This document shows positions 22,579 to 34,147 of a stretch of DNA of 64,000 bases, one piece after another. The stretch spans positions 128,001 to 192,000 of the forward strand of contig JAYQLI010000035.1 of assembly GCA_038143065.1 (NCBI GenBank), written 5' to 3'. Positions within the stretch are counted from its first letter, which is position 1. Every line of letters begins with the position of its first letter. The stretch is from Rhodospirillales bacterium. Lineage in GTDB: Bacteria; Pseudomonadota; Alphaproteobacteria; Bin95. The position numbers and the translations under genes were made by a program. The notes beneath the pieces were generated by a model, which was not told where the DNA came from, ran no database searches, and saw only the letters and a list, made by a program, of their open reading frames with translations.

Positions 22579-22757
22579 AGCTTATCTGCGGAGCGCCATC
22601 TGGTTTTTGTTCTCTGCTTAGTCAGCATCCCTATTAAAAATATATGTCATGCTATTCAGTTTTGACGATCTGTAAGTTTGATGGTTGGAAGCGCTTTCCG
22701 TGTTGATCTAGAAAGACTATCTTCGTCTCTCTCGTTTCGTTTTCAAGCAGTACAGTT

Positions 22758-23288
22758 ATGAGCAAAGGTAAGCGCTTCGGTGGTTATGGACCGGCGCTGT
22801 TCATCTGGAGTTTGGCGATCTCCCTCGCGGTGATTTGCTATTTCGTCAAGGGTGAACAGGCCTTCATCCGAGCATTCTGGGCAGACATGGAAATTGTAGA
22901 GACCATGGCGCCGCGGTTCCTACTTGGTCTAGCTTTAGTGGGATTTTTAACAGTACTGGCCCCACGTGAAGCAGTAGCCAGGACCCTTGGTGGAAATTCG
23001 GGTATGAAGGGCTTAATGCTTGCTACTGGAGCTGGAGCGTTATTGCCGGGTGGGCCTTGGGTAATTATGCCCTTGGCGCTGACTATTTCAAGGGCTGGTG
23101 CTGATGCTGGCGCATGTGTTGCTTTTGTAATTGCCTGGGGGGCTCTTGGTCTTAATAGGTTGCTTGTTTGGGAACTCCCTTTCTTGGGTTTTGAAACCGC
23201 GGGCCTCCGTTGGTTACTGGCGCTGCCACTGCCAATTTTAGCGGGATTAGCTTTACGCCGGTTCCTTCCATACGTGGCGGTGCGTTGA
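22758..23288 (+). CDS. Predicted permease (DUF318/ArsP-like), subunit 1
   Basis: Multi-TM, GALLPGGP, WELPFLG. Confidence 0.7.
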   Translation: MSKGKRFGGYGPALFIWSLAISLAVICYFVKGEQAFIRAFWADMEIVETMAPRFLLGLALVGFLTVLAPREAVARTLGGNSGMKGLMLATGAGALLPGGPWVIMPLALTISRAGADAGACVAFVIAWGALGLNRLLVWELPFLGFETAGLRWLLALPLPILAGLALRRFLPYVAVR

Positions 23289-23788
23289 TGTCGGCCTCGC
23301 TAATAATAATGATCTTGCTTGTTTTAGCGGCTGCGCTTGCCACAGCGTTAAAGCCTGGAGTTAGCTTCAAAGAAGCTCTCCAGATTTCAAAAACCCAGGC
23401 AATAAGAGTACTCCCTATAGTAGTACCCGCTGCGTTTATTGCAGGATTTCTAGCAGAACTTTTACCGAGGGAGCTAGTTTCAGGTCTAGTGGGACCTGAA
23501 AGTGGGATTATAGGTTTTGCTCTTGCCGCCTTTGCTGGTGCTATTCTCCCAACTGGACCTATGGTGGTTTTACCCCTCGGCGCTGCGTTACTTCAGGCTG
23601 ATGCTGGATTTGCGCAAATCTTAACACTTTATGCATCATGGACGTTGGTTAACGTGCAGCGCTTCATCATCTGGGAGGTTCCCTTAGTAGGGATGAGCAT
23701 GGCAGCGCGCCGTTTAGCTGGAGGTTTTGTAGCATTGCCATTTGCTATCCTTGGTGCAGAGTTGATCGAGCTTATTCTTGCGCGCTAG
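23288..23788 (+). CDS. Predicted permease (DUF318/ArsP-like), subunit 2
   Basis: TGATG overlap with previous gene; GAILPTGP, WEVPLVG; paralogous to upstream gene. Confidence 0.7.
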   Translation: MSASLIIMILLVLAAALATALKPGVSFKEALQISKTQAIRVLPIVVPAAFIAGFLAELLPRELVSGLVGPESGIIGFALAAFAGAILPTGPMVVLPLGAALLQADAGFAQILTLYASWTLVNVQRFIIWEVPLVGMSMAARRLAGGFVALPFAILGAELIELILAR

Positions 23789-23854
23789 CTATAAGGCGAT
23801 GATGTATCTATCTTTATAAAGATCTTCTTACCCCTATGGAGTTTTACTGAAACT

Positions 23855-24556
23855 ATGTCGAACCTGGTGCTTATTCGCCACGGCCAAAGCCAATGGAACT
23901 TAGAAAATCGTTTTACCGGCTGGAAAGACGTTAACCTCACTGATGCGGGTGAGGCAGAGGCTCGAGAAGGTGGAAGATTGCTGCGTGAACAGGGATTTGA
24001 TTTTGATATCTGTTACACATCCGTTTTAACTCGTGCAATTCGAACCCTTTGGATAGTGTTGGATGAGATGGATCGCCGTTGGTTGCCGGTTGTAAAAGAC
24101 TGGCGTTTAAACGAGCGGAGTTATGGTGGTTTGCAGGGATTAAATAAGGCAGAAACAGCTGAAAAGCATGGCCTTGACCAGGTTATGATTTGGCGGCGTA
24201 GTTTTGATATTCCTCCACCAAGTCTTGCTTCTGACGACGAACGTTATCCAATTGATGACCCACGTTATCGGGATTTACCAAGGGAGAATATTCCTCTAAC
24301 GGAAAGCCTCAAAGATACTATTGCGCGGGTCCAGCCATATTGGGAGGCTGAGATTGCTCCAAAGATCCGATCTGGACAGCGCGTCCTTATTTCTGCTCAT
24401 GGCAATAGTTTGCGTAGTCTAGTTAAACATCTGGATGGGATCTCTGATTCTGAAATACCTCAGGTTGAAATCCCGACAGGAAACCCGCTGGTTTATGACT
24501 TAGATGATAACTTGAGGCCCAAGTCTAAGGCGCGATACCTAAAGCCTCACGAATGA
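23855..24556 (+). CDS. gpmA: 2,3-bisphosphoglycerate-dependent phosphoglycerate mutase
   Basis: [28 protein letters not shown]. Confidence 0.95.
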   Translation: MSNLVLIRHGQSQWNLENRFTGWKDVNLTDAGEAEAREGGRLLREQGFDFDICYTSVLTRAIRTLWIVLDEMDRRWLPVVKDWRLNERSYGGLQGLNKAETAEKHGLDQVMIWRRSFDIPPPSLASDDERYPIDDPRYRDLPRENIPLTESLKDTIARVQPYWEAEIAPKIRSGQRVLISAHGNSLRSLVKHLDGISDSEIPQVEIPTGNPLVYDLDDNLRPKSKARYLKPHE

Positions 24557-25299
24557 CAGCCGTAGTAATTACTGGCGCCGCTTCAGGTATAGGGGCTGCC
24601 ATTGCAAACCGAGTGGCAGCGCCCGGCGTAAAACTCGTTTTGCATAGTCGCAAGAATGTTGTTGGCCTATTGGCTGTGGCGGAAGCAGCTCAAGCAGCTG
24701 GGGCCGAAACAAAAACAGCCATTCTCGATTTATCAGATCCGTCAAATGCTGCAAAACTAGTTCAAGATGCCGTGCACTTTATGGGAGGTATTGACTGGCT
24801 GATTTCTAACGCCGGTTTTGCGGATAGCCGTTTGATTTCTGATTTGCCAGACGATGGTGTCCAAGCAAGTATGACACCAATAGCTGATAGCTTTTTCCGA
24901 ATGGTAAAGGAGGCAGCGCCATTCTTGCAAGCATCCGAGCGTGGCCGTGTGGTAGCTATATCGTCATTTGTTGCTCATCGTTTTTCTCCTTCAGGAGATC
25001 ATTTTCCAGCATCGGCAGCGGCGAAAGCAGCATTAGAGGCGTTGGCGCTTAGCCTTGCGTCTGAACTCGCAAGCGCCAGCGTCACGGTTAACATTGTCGC
25101 TCCTGGCTACACTCAAAAAGATAAAGGCGCCCATGCTGCTCTTTCACCAGAACGCTGGCAGGAAATTATAGAGCGCATTCCCTTTGCCCGTCTGGGAAAG
25201 CCCGATGAATGTGCGGCCGCCGTAGCTTATTTTTTGTCAGACGAAGCGGCCTATGTGACTGGGCAGATTATTCATGTAGATGGTGGGTTAGGACTTTGA
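24553..25299 (+). CDS. SDR oxidoreductase (atypical active site)
   Basis: [18 protein letters not shown]; SAAAK instead of YxxxK. Confidence 0.85.
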   Translation: MTAVVITGAASGIGAAIANRVAAPGVKLVLHSRKNVVGLLAVAEAAQAAGAETKTAILDLSDPSNAAKLVQDAVHFMGGIDWLISNAGFADSRLISDLPDDGVQASMTPIADSFFRMVKEAAPFLQASERGRVVAISSFVAHRFSPSGDHFPASAAAKAALEALALSLASELASASVTVNIVAPGYTQKDKGAHAALSPERWQEIIERIPFARLGKPDECAAAVAYFLSDEAAYVTGQIIHVDGGLGL

Positions 25300-26423
25300 T
25301 TACTGCTTTCCTGAATTGAATTTATGGCCTTCAGGCCAGTTCCAGTCAGGAGTAGGGCGATGCTATCATTTTTTTGAATAACACCATTTGAGATTAAGTT
25401 TGAAAGCCCTGCGGCACCGGCTGCTGTAGTTGGTTCTACAAAGAAACCCTTGCCATGAAGTCTTTGCATAGCCTTTATAATCTCAAGTTCAGAAACACCA
25501 ATCAGTCTGCCACCACTCTCTCGACACGCAGATAGAACTTCTCTGACACGAACGCCTTTTGATGAAGTTATGCCGTCTGCAATAGATGGTTTTGGATCAA
25601 TAGTTATAGGCTCGCCGTTACCTTCCCAAGACGCGAGGTAGGGGGCTGCATTGATGGCTTGTACGCCATGAATTGCGGGAATCTTATTGATTAGATTTGC
25701 GGCATAGAGCTCCTTAAATCCAATGTGTAGACCTATCACGTTGCCGCCCTGGCCACATGCAACTACCACATGATCAGGTGAGGTGCCTCCTAGTTGTTCC
25801 CAGAGCTCGAAGGCAACTGTTTTGCAGCCTTCTAAGAAGAAAGGCTGAATATTGTGTCCGGCATAAAAGGTGCCTTTCAAAGCTTCTGAAAGAGCAGCAT
25901 CAGCAGCGTTCTGTCGAGGCCCATCAATGGCTCGAAGTTCAGCGCCCATTGCTCTCATTTGGGATAGCTTTGCAGGTGGGGCAGAAGCGGGTGAAAAAAT
26001 AGTGGCGTCCATATTGGCTCTGGCAGCATAGGTCGCTACTGATGAGCCTGCATTCCCACTGGAATCTTCAAGAATTTTTTCTATGCCATGGCCTTTAAGG
26101 TAAGCCATCATCACAGATACGCCACGGTCTTTAAACGATCCAGACGGCATCATGTGATCGCATTTAAAAGCTACTTTGGCCCCATCCCATTCACCTTCAA
26201 TGAGAGGCGTCCATCCCTCACCCAGAGATAGGGGAGGCGCTTCAATCCGCAGCATTCTTGAATAACGCCAAATGGAAGGGTCTGAAGTCTCAATTTCTTG
26301 GGCGTCAAAGATGGTTGCTTGGGTGAGGTTTAGGTAATTACCGTCATCAGGAGCAGACCAAAGCGGTTGCGAAATACTCCATTCCGCCCCCGAGCGCGGA
26401 TTTACATAACGGCATTCGGTCAA
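25272..26423 (-). CDS. Threonine-synthase-like PLP enzyme
   Basis: LGEGWTPL, PSGSFKDRG, DSSGNAG, LTGTGLK. Confidence 0.85.
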   Translation of the reverse strand: MTECRYVNPRSGAEWSISQPLWSAPDDGNYLNLTQATIFDAQEIETSDPSIWRYSRMLRIEAPPLSLGEGWTPLIEGEWDGAKVAFKCDHMMPSGSFKDRGVSVMMAYLKGHGIEKILEDSSGNAGSSVATYAARANMDATIFSPASAPPAKLSQMRAMGAELRAIDGPRQNAADAALSEALKGTFYAGHNIQPFFLEGCKTVAFELWEQLGGTSPDHVVVACGQGGNVIGLHIGFKELYAANLINKIPAIHGVQAINAAPYLASWEGNGEPITIDPKPSIADGITSSKGVRVREVLSACRESGGRLIGVSELEIIKAMQRLHGKGFFVEPTTAAGAAGLSNLISNGVIQKNDSIALLLTGTGLKAINSIQESSNQSPNPPST

Positions 26424-28015
26424 CTTACATTCTCCTCAGCCAGGATTTCCTCTGCCATGCGGCGCATGTCTGTTTTTCTAACTTTGATGGCATTGGCACT
26501 CTCTGTGACTGGAAAAACGTCCAATGGGACTACCCGGATAGGAACCTTGTAGTCGGCTAGACGATCTCTGCATCGTGCAATTGCCCTTTGTTCATCAAAA
26601 GGAGTAGTACCGTTCAGAAGAACAAATGCAAAAGCTTTATCCCGCGTTCCAATTCGTGTTTGTACTACTTGAGCTTCAAGGACAGCTGGATCCGCCTCCA
26701 ATTCTTTCTCAATATCCATTGGGTTTGTAAGAAACCCGGCTAGGCGAAGTACGTCCCCCATTCGAGCCAGATACACAAAACTGCCATCTTCGCGCATTTT
26801 ACCAAGGTCACCCGTCTTAAAGAATCCGTCTTTGGTAAGTGATCCGGTAGTTGCTTCCGGGTTGTCAGCATACTCCAACATTCTTGTAGGGCTCTTAATT
26901 TGAATTTCACCTTCCTGTCCAGTTGGTAGAGGGACATCGGTGTCTGGATCACTTACACGAATTTCTGTTTCAGGATGAACCGGCTGTCCTCCGCCAATTA
27001 CGCGATCATCTTCGTGAAGAGACATGTCCTGAAAAGCAAAAAGCGCGCACACCTCACTCATGCCATAAACAGCACAAATTGGAATTCCTCTGTCTCTGGC
27101 AATTTTTCGAAATGGTTCCAAAGGGGGATTGGCTCCAAAAGAAGGTGCAGGGGCAAGTTTTGGGAATGGAATTTTTTCGGGACGACTTGCGACCATACGT
27201 TCGTACATCGCATCCATTCCAATCATATGAGTTACGCCGTGGCGAACAAATAATTCAGCAGCTGAGATAGGCTCGAATACAGACTGAATTATTTGAGGCC
27301 GAATTGCAGCAATACCCAAAGTTGCAACATTAAGACCTACAACACCACAAAGGGGAGCTGCTTGAAATACAACACCGTCTGGTCGGTCTAAACCCCAAAA
27401 ATGGGGAAGGCGTTGGGAGTGTAATGCAAGGCTATGATGAGCATGTAGAACAAATTTTGGCTTTGAGGTTGTACCGGAAGTGGTAAAAATCTGGCATGGC
27501 GTGTCAGGAGTGGCTCTATCCTCTTTCATAGTTCCGTTTTGAGAGAGCTCTGATAGCGGAAAGGTAGGTCGATCCAGTACTATTCCCTCATCTGTTTCAC
27601 CGAACAGTAAGACCTTCTCTAGAGATTTAAGAGAATTGCTATCTACTCCAGCCAATATGTTATCAAATTCAATACCTTTAAATCCTGGGTCGAACGCAAG
27701 TAGCTTAGCTCCAGATCGACCAACGATATCCTCGACCTCTTTGGATTTAAAGCGAGTGTTTACGCCTACGTTAATCGCACCAATACGCCAGATAGCATAA
27801 GTCAAAGCATAATGTTCTGGAGAGTTTGGGAGCCAAAGTGCGATCCGGTCTCCTCGGCCTAAGCCAAGTGCTGTTAGTCCAGCAGCATACTTTCGAGCCA
27901 ATTCCTCGAGTTCAGAAAAAGAGGTTTTTCCATTTTCGTGAATTAAAGCTGTTTGGTGTCCTGCAACATCCGCTGCATGAGTTAATTGGCTGGTTAGTGT
28001 TAGGACTCCAGACAT
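26420..28015 (-). CDS. Acyl-CoA synthetase (AMP-binding)
   Basis: TTSGTTSKPK, YGMSE, TGDLG, ADYKVP. Confidence 0.88.
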   Translation of the reverse strand: MSGVLTLTSQLTHAADVAGHQTALIHENGKTSFSELEELARKYAAGLTALGLGRGDRIALWLPNSPEHYALTYAIWRIGAINVGVNTRFKSKEVEDIVGRSGAKLLAFDPGFKGIEFDNILAGVDSNSLKSLEKVLLFGETDEGIVLDRPTFPLSELSQNGTMKEDRATPDTPCQIFTTSGTTSKPKFVLHAHHSLALHSQRLPHFWGLDRPDGVVFQAAPLCGVVGLNVATLGIAAIRPQIIQSVFEPISAAELFVRHGVTHMIGMDAMYERMVASRPEKIPFPKLAPAPSFGANPPLEPFRKIARDRGIPICAVYGMSEVCALFAFQDMSLHEDDRVIGGGQPVHPETEIRVSDPDTDVPLPTGQEGEIQIKSPTRMLEYADNPEATTGSLTKDGFFKTGDLGKMREDGSFVYLARMGDVLRLAGFLTNPMDIEKELEADPAVLEAQVVQTRIGTRDKAFAFVLLNGTTPFDEQRAIARCRDRLADYKVPIRVVPLDVFPVTESANAIKVRKTDMRRMAEEILAEENVS

Positions 28016-28083
28016 TCTTTGACCTCCTTGCCTTTTAAGATCATGCAGCCGAAGCTTTCAAGCGTCGAGAGGGCTAGATACTG

Positions 28084-28913
28084 ATGTACGAAGAATTCAA
28101 AGAGTTTGAGAAAGCTGGTTGGGAAAAACTAGCAGATAGTTACTTCGAGGTTACACACACTTCTACCTCAAAAGCAGCTGAAACTCTTCTAAAATTTGTC
28201 GGATGTGAAGGGGATAATGCGACCAAAATTCGATTACTCGATGTTGCGTGTGGTCCTGGCTATTCTGCAGGTCTAGCTGTTAAGAGAGGAGCTGTAGCTT
28301 TTGGTCTCGACTTCGCGGCTGCTATGGTGGACAAAGCATCTACGCTCTACCCCGCGGCAGTGTTTAAAGAAGGTGACGCAGAGAATTTACCTTTTGAAGA
28401 CAATAGTTTTGATGCTGTCGTATGTGCTTTTGGCCTACTTCATTTTGCGGACCCCGATAAGGCGATAGCAGAGGCTTTCCGTGTTCTAAAACCTGGTGGG
28501 CGATACGCGTTCACTGTGTGGCGATCGCCCGAAGAAGTGGAAACTTTCCAGATTTTCAGGGTGCTATTGCTGCACATGGAAGCCTTGTTGTGCCAATTCC
28601 CCCTGGTCCAGATATGTTTCGGCTTAGTCGGGATGGTGAGGCAGCCGGGGCTCTGGCTTCAGCAGGATTTTCAAGTATTTCAATCTCTAATCTCAGTTTA
28701 ACCAGACAATCGAGCCCTGAAGCACTTTTGGCAAATCTTGCTAAAGCAACTGTGCGCACCCGAGCTCTTTTTGATGCTCAGCTTGAACACGCCAAGCCAA
28801 AAATAGAGGCTGAAATTATTAAGCTTGCTAAGGAACTCATGGAGAAGCAAGGGGGTAATATTTTAATACTAAAAATGCCGGCTCTTCTCGCAGGAGCAAG
28901 GAAGCCTAGCTAA
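28084..28913 (+). CDS. Class I SAM-dependent methyltransferase (split by indel near 28558)
   Basis: [25 protein letters not shown]; C-terminus continues in ORF 28518-28913. Confidence 0.85.
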
Positions 28914-28949
28914 AGAGAATTAAATTTTCTGGCCAAAACGCACTCTGTT

Positions 28950-29354
28950 CTAGCCTGGAGGAGCGCAGGGGACTGTTCCCATTTCGCCTGGCGTAGATAA
29001 CTCAAGAATGTCCAGATCTTCAGAGCAACCAAATTCGTTATGTTTCATTCCGCCCGGGATGAAAAGTGATTCACCTTCTTTCACGCGTACTTGCTCACCA
29101 GTTTCGAATTCTAAATCAACCCAGCCTTTGAGAACGTAAACAAACTGACCATCACATTGATGATAATGCCACCCAGTTGGTTCGGTCATACCACGAATAG
29201 CAGTCATTGTTTGGGCGCGAAGAGCTCCGTTTGAAGCTGCCATTACCCCAAGATCACGATACTTAAAGAAATCCCTACGGCCATCAACGAGAGGGGCGTT
29301 TTCCTTTGTGGCGTGGGCAATAGTACCTTTAGCGGTAGGGTTACCTTCAGTCAT
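28950..29354 (-). CDS. Cupin domain protein
   Basis: WHYH...YVLKG...IPGGMKH cupin motifs. Confidence 0.85.
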   Translation of the reverse strand: MTEGNPTAKGTIAHATKENAPLVDGRRDFFKYRDLGVMAASNGALRAQTMTAIRGMTEPTGWHYHQCDGQFVYVLKGWVDLEFETGEQVRVKEGESLFIPGGMKHNEFGCSEDLDILELSTPGEMGTVPCAPPG

Positions 29355-29383
29355 CGCTTGTCTCCTTTTAATCTAGTAGCAAA

Positions 29384-29941
29384 CTATACACGTCCAGCGT
29401 TAAGGTTTTCCAGAGCGTTCTCAAGGCCAATTTTTGCACCAGTAAAATGAGGATGAATTTCAAGAGCACGCTTGTACCATTCTGTGGCGCGCCTCCAGTT
29501 TTTTAGGCTGGCCGAAATCATGCCTAGGCCGGCCATAGCGCCATAATGCCTTGGTTCGAGTTTTAGAACATTTGCACAATCAGCAACGGAACCTTCTAAA
29601 TCTCCAACCATATACCTGAGAGTTGCGCGTTTATTCCATGCTTCCGCAAATTCAGGGTTTCTCTCTAAAGCTTCCGTAAATGCTAATTCAGCAAGTCGAG
29701 CCTCACCCCGGTTCATAAAAGCAATACCGATAAGTGTTACTTCTCTCGTCCGTTTATCGGGGTGTTCCAGCCAAATTCGCCAAATCTTATCTTCATGCTC
29801 ACTTGCGGTGGCAGCACTTTCAGCAGCTTTTAGCTCCAGAAATAGATAATTAAGTCTGGGATCATTTTGGTCTGCATATACGCTTTGCGAGTACACAGAC
29901 ATTGCGGTTACTAGTGCTAAGGCATTTAGTAACTTACTCAT
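29384..29941 (-). CDS. TPR-repeat protein with signal peptide
   Basis: PEFAEAWNKRAT, EPRHYGAMAGLG repeats. Confidence 0.85.
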   Translation of the reverse strand: MSKLLNALALVTAMSVYSQSVYADQNDPRLNYLFLELKAAESAATASEHEDKIWRIWLEHPDKRTREVTLIGIAFMNRGEARLAELAFTEALERNPEFAEAWNKRATLRYMVGDLEGSVADCANVLKLEPRHYGAMAGLGMISASLKNWRRATEWYKRALEIHPHFTGAKIGLENALENLNAGRV

Positions 29942-29987
29942 GTGACATCAGAGGACGCAATTTGAAGAGGTTGAAACACAAATTATC

Positions 29988-30392
29988 CTAAGCTTGTTCC
30001 AATTCGACTAGAGTACCGCAGAAATCTTTTGGATGGAGAAAAAGCACTGGCTTTCCGTGAGCGCCAATCTTCGGCTCACCATCACCAAGGACTCTTGCTC
30101 CCTCGGACTTTAGTTTATCCCTAGCAACTATGATATCATCCACTTCATAGCAAACATGGTGCATTCCGCCTGAAGCATTGTTGTCTAAAAAGCCTTTGAT
30201 AGGAGATGCATCTCCGAAGGGATGTAATAACTCCACTTTGGTGTTGGGAAGTTCCACAAAAACAACTGTGACTCCATGTTCCGGGAGATTTTCTGGTTCA
30301 GTTACTGAAGCCCCAAGAACTGTTCTGTACTGATTGGCTGCACCTTCTAGATCTGGAACAACTATCGCAATGTGGTTCAGGCGCCCTATCAC
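29988..30392 (-). CDS. mce: Methylmalonyl-CoA epimerase
   Basis: LNHIAIVV, GGMHHVCYEV, IGAHGKPVLFLHPKD..GTLVELEQ. Confidence 0.93.
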   Translation of the reverse strand: MIGRLNHIAIVVPDLEGAANQYRTVLGASVTEPENLPEHGVTVVFVELPNTKVELLHPFGDASPIKGFLDNNASGGMHHVCYEVDDIIVARDKLKSEGARVLGDGEPKIGAHGKPVLFLHPKDFCGTLVELEQA

Positions 30393-31594
30393 TAGATGGC
30401 CTCTTTTACATCGTTGGCACCGAGGGTTCGCGCAGCAAACTCTTCGGGCACCTCACGACCAGTGTCGGTAAAGGCCTTTTTAACTGCTTCTACATTCCCA
30501 GCCAGTACAGTGGTCCTATTAGCTTTAACAAAGGCATTAGACTTATTAATTGTCTCTAATTGTCCTTGAAAACGCGGAGCAACATAGCGGGCAAAGAGTT
30601 CGTAGCTCTTCATAATTTGCTCACGATTAGCCCATTCATTGGCACGAAAAGTCATCGCGCCAAAACCGCCTTTCGAAAGCTCAAGCAGGTACTCAATGCC
30701 TTTTGCCACTGTATCTGGCGATCCTATGAGAGTTGTCCCCATTTTAACTCCGTCTCGCAGAGGGTCATCTGATCGGCCAGGTGGGCGCCCGAGGGTCTCT
30801 TCGAAGTAGGTAACTGTTTCTAATCGCTCGCCGGCTTTAACTTGCCTTAGAGCCTCTTCGTCGTCCTCTGCACAATGCATGTTAACTACGACCCGCCAAT
30901 TATTCCGGTCCATGGTTTTGCCATGCTTAGCGGCTTCGTCTTCTGCAATACCCCATTGTTTAGAGAGCATCTCTGGCCCTCCAGGAATTCCTGCACCGAT
31001 GGAGAGTACTCCAATACCATGCCTGCCTGCAGCCATCATTCCAAAGGGAGTAATTGTTGATGCAACTGCCACTGGAAGCTCACTAGACCAGGGAGCGAGG
31101 TGAAGTTGACCTTCTCTAAGAGTGAACCAGTCAGTTTCCATGGTTACTGGTTCTTCACACTTAAGAAGGCCCATAATTGCGTCAAGCGCTTCGACCATTC
31201 GCCTGCGTTGGTCCACCGGGTTTATGCCCATCATGTAGGCATCTGATGGCAGAGCTCCTGGTCCACAGCCAAGCATAACGCGGCCTTTACTCATGTGATC
31301 AAGCTGAACAAACCGTTGAGCTACAAGGAAAGGGTGGTGGTAGGGAAGGGAGGTCACGCCTGAACCAAGCCGAATATTTTTTGTTCTTTGGATTGCGGCG
31401 CCGATGAATATCTCTGGAGAAGCGATGGTTTCCCAGCCTGCAGAATGGTGTTCGCCGATCCAAGCTTCATCGTAGCCCAGATGATCGAGCCATTCGATCA
31501 GCTCCATGTCTCGATCCATTGAAAGAGTTGGGTTTTCTCCAACAGCATGGAAAGGGGCCAGAAAAATACCAAAACGCATTCCACGACGGGCCAT
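30392..31594 (-). CDS. Luciferase-like flavin monooxygenase (limonene 1,2-monooxygenase-like)
   Basis: RFGIFLAPFH, WIGEHHS, GPGALPSDA; ATG at 31594 with GAGG RBS. Confidence 0.85.
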   Translation of the reverse strand: MARRGMRFGIFLAPFHAVGENPTLSMDRDMELIEWLDHLGYDEAWIGEHHSAGWETIASPEIFIGAAIQRTKNIRLGSGVTSLPYHHPFLVAQRFVQLDHMSKGRVMLGCGPGALPSDAYMMGINPVDQRRRMVEALDAIMGLLKCEEPVTMETDWFTLREGQLHLAPWSSELPVAVASTITPFGMMAAGRHGIGVLSIGAGIPGGPEMLSKQWGIAEDEAAKHGKTMDRNNWRVVVNMHCAEDDEEALRQVKAGERLETVTYFEETLGRPPGRSDDPLRDGVKMGTTLIGSPDTVAKGIEYLLELSKGGFGAMTFRANEWANREQIMKSYELFARYVAPRFQGQLETINKSNAFVKANRTTVLAGNVEAVKKAFTDTGREVPEEFAARTLGANDVKEAI

Positions 31595-31684
31595 AACGAT
31601 TACTACCTCACTTTTCCAATGATACGCACAAATACGCTTAACCATGGCTTGAACAGGAAGCAAGTACAGATCGGCGTTCTCCCA

Positions 31685-31703
31685 ATCAAAGTTAACCTTT
31701 GAT
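31685..31703. promoter_or_regulatory. Inverted repeat ATCAAAG-N5-CTTTGAT, possible operator upstream of LLM-mce
   Basis: Perfect 7-bp IR about 90 nt upstream of the LLM start codon. Confidence 0.3.
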
Positions 31704-31819
31704 CACTTTTCAGATAAGGACATGATTGTAATTTTTGGATACAAAAAGAATATGAATATATATAAAACAATAATTTAATTAATAAAATTAATAAAAAAAG
31801 TTAAAAGTTTTTAAAATTG

Positions 31820-31848
31820 TTAGCACTCTTTTTAGGTTAGAGTGCTAT
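31820..31848 (+). promoter_or_regulatory. CIRCE-like element (HrcA operator) TTAGCACTC-N11-GAGTGCTAT
   Basis: Both arms match CIRCE (one mismatch); spacer 11 rather than 9; upstream of groES. Confidence 0.75.
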
Positions 31849-31854
31849 TTTTTC

Positions 31855-31883
31855 CTTGAACCTCTAAGAGAGATTTCCTATAT
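31855..31883 (+). promoter_or_regulatory. RpoH (sigma32) promoter CTTGAA-N16-CCTATAT
   Basis: Matches alphaproteobacterial RpoH consensus, upstream of groESL. Confidence 0.75.
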
Positions 31884-31970
31884 CCCTTCAATCCAAGCGT
31901 GGGTCAGCCTTAATGGTGGACGCATAGCTAGGTTTTTTTTGTTTATAGCCAATTATTTAGGAGGGCTTCC

Positions 31971-32287
31971 ATGGCTGTGAATTTCCGGCCGCTGCATGAT
32001 CGTGTTTTGGTCCGTCGTGTTGATCAGGATCAAAAGAGTTCCGGTGGCATCATCATTCCTGATACTGCTCAGGAAAAACCATCCGAAGGTGAGATCATTG
32101 CCGTAGGCGGTGGTCGTATTGATGATAACGGTGGCGTGCATGCGCTTGACGTAAAAGCTGGCGATCTAATCTTGTTCGGAAAATGGTCCGGTACAGAGGT
32201 TAAGGTTGGTGGCGAGGATCTCCTTATCATGAAGGAAAGCGATATCCTCGGAATCATCGAAAAAAAGGTGCTAAGAAGAAGAAGTAA
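31971..32287 (+). CDS. groES: Co-chaperonin GroES (A-run indel near 32260 causes apparent read-through to 32348)
   Basis: [26 protein letters not shown]; adding one A gives the ending EKKGAKKKK* at TAA 32285-32287. Confidence 0.95.
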
Positions 32288-32332
32288 TCCGGATTATCGG
32301 TCCTTCGTTTTTTCTCACATCGAAAGAATTTC

Positions 32333-32353
32333 TTACGTCAGCGTATGACGTAA
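32333..32353 (+). promoter_or_regulatory. Intercistronic stem-loop TTACGTCA-N5-TGACGTAA between groES and groEL
   Basis: Perfect 8-bp inverted repeat. Confidence 0.45.
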
Positions 32354-32379
32354 AATTAACATTAAACAATAGGAGCTAG

Positions 32380-34040
<1,661 letters not shown>

Positions 34041-34082
34041 GTCTAGGCCAACCATAGCCTTTTCCGATATATTTGTATCGGT

Positions 34083-34123
34083 AAGAAGGGTCGTGTGGAT
34101 GTCCGCGCGACCCTTCTTTTTTT
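34083..34123 (+). terminator. Rho-independent terminator after groEL
   Basis: AAGAAGGGTCGTGTGGA/TCCGCGCGACCCTTCTT hairpin followed by T run. Confidence 0.85.
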
Positions 34124-34147
34124 CTTGATTGATGGAATTCCTTAGAA

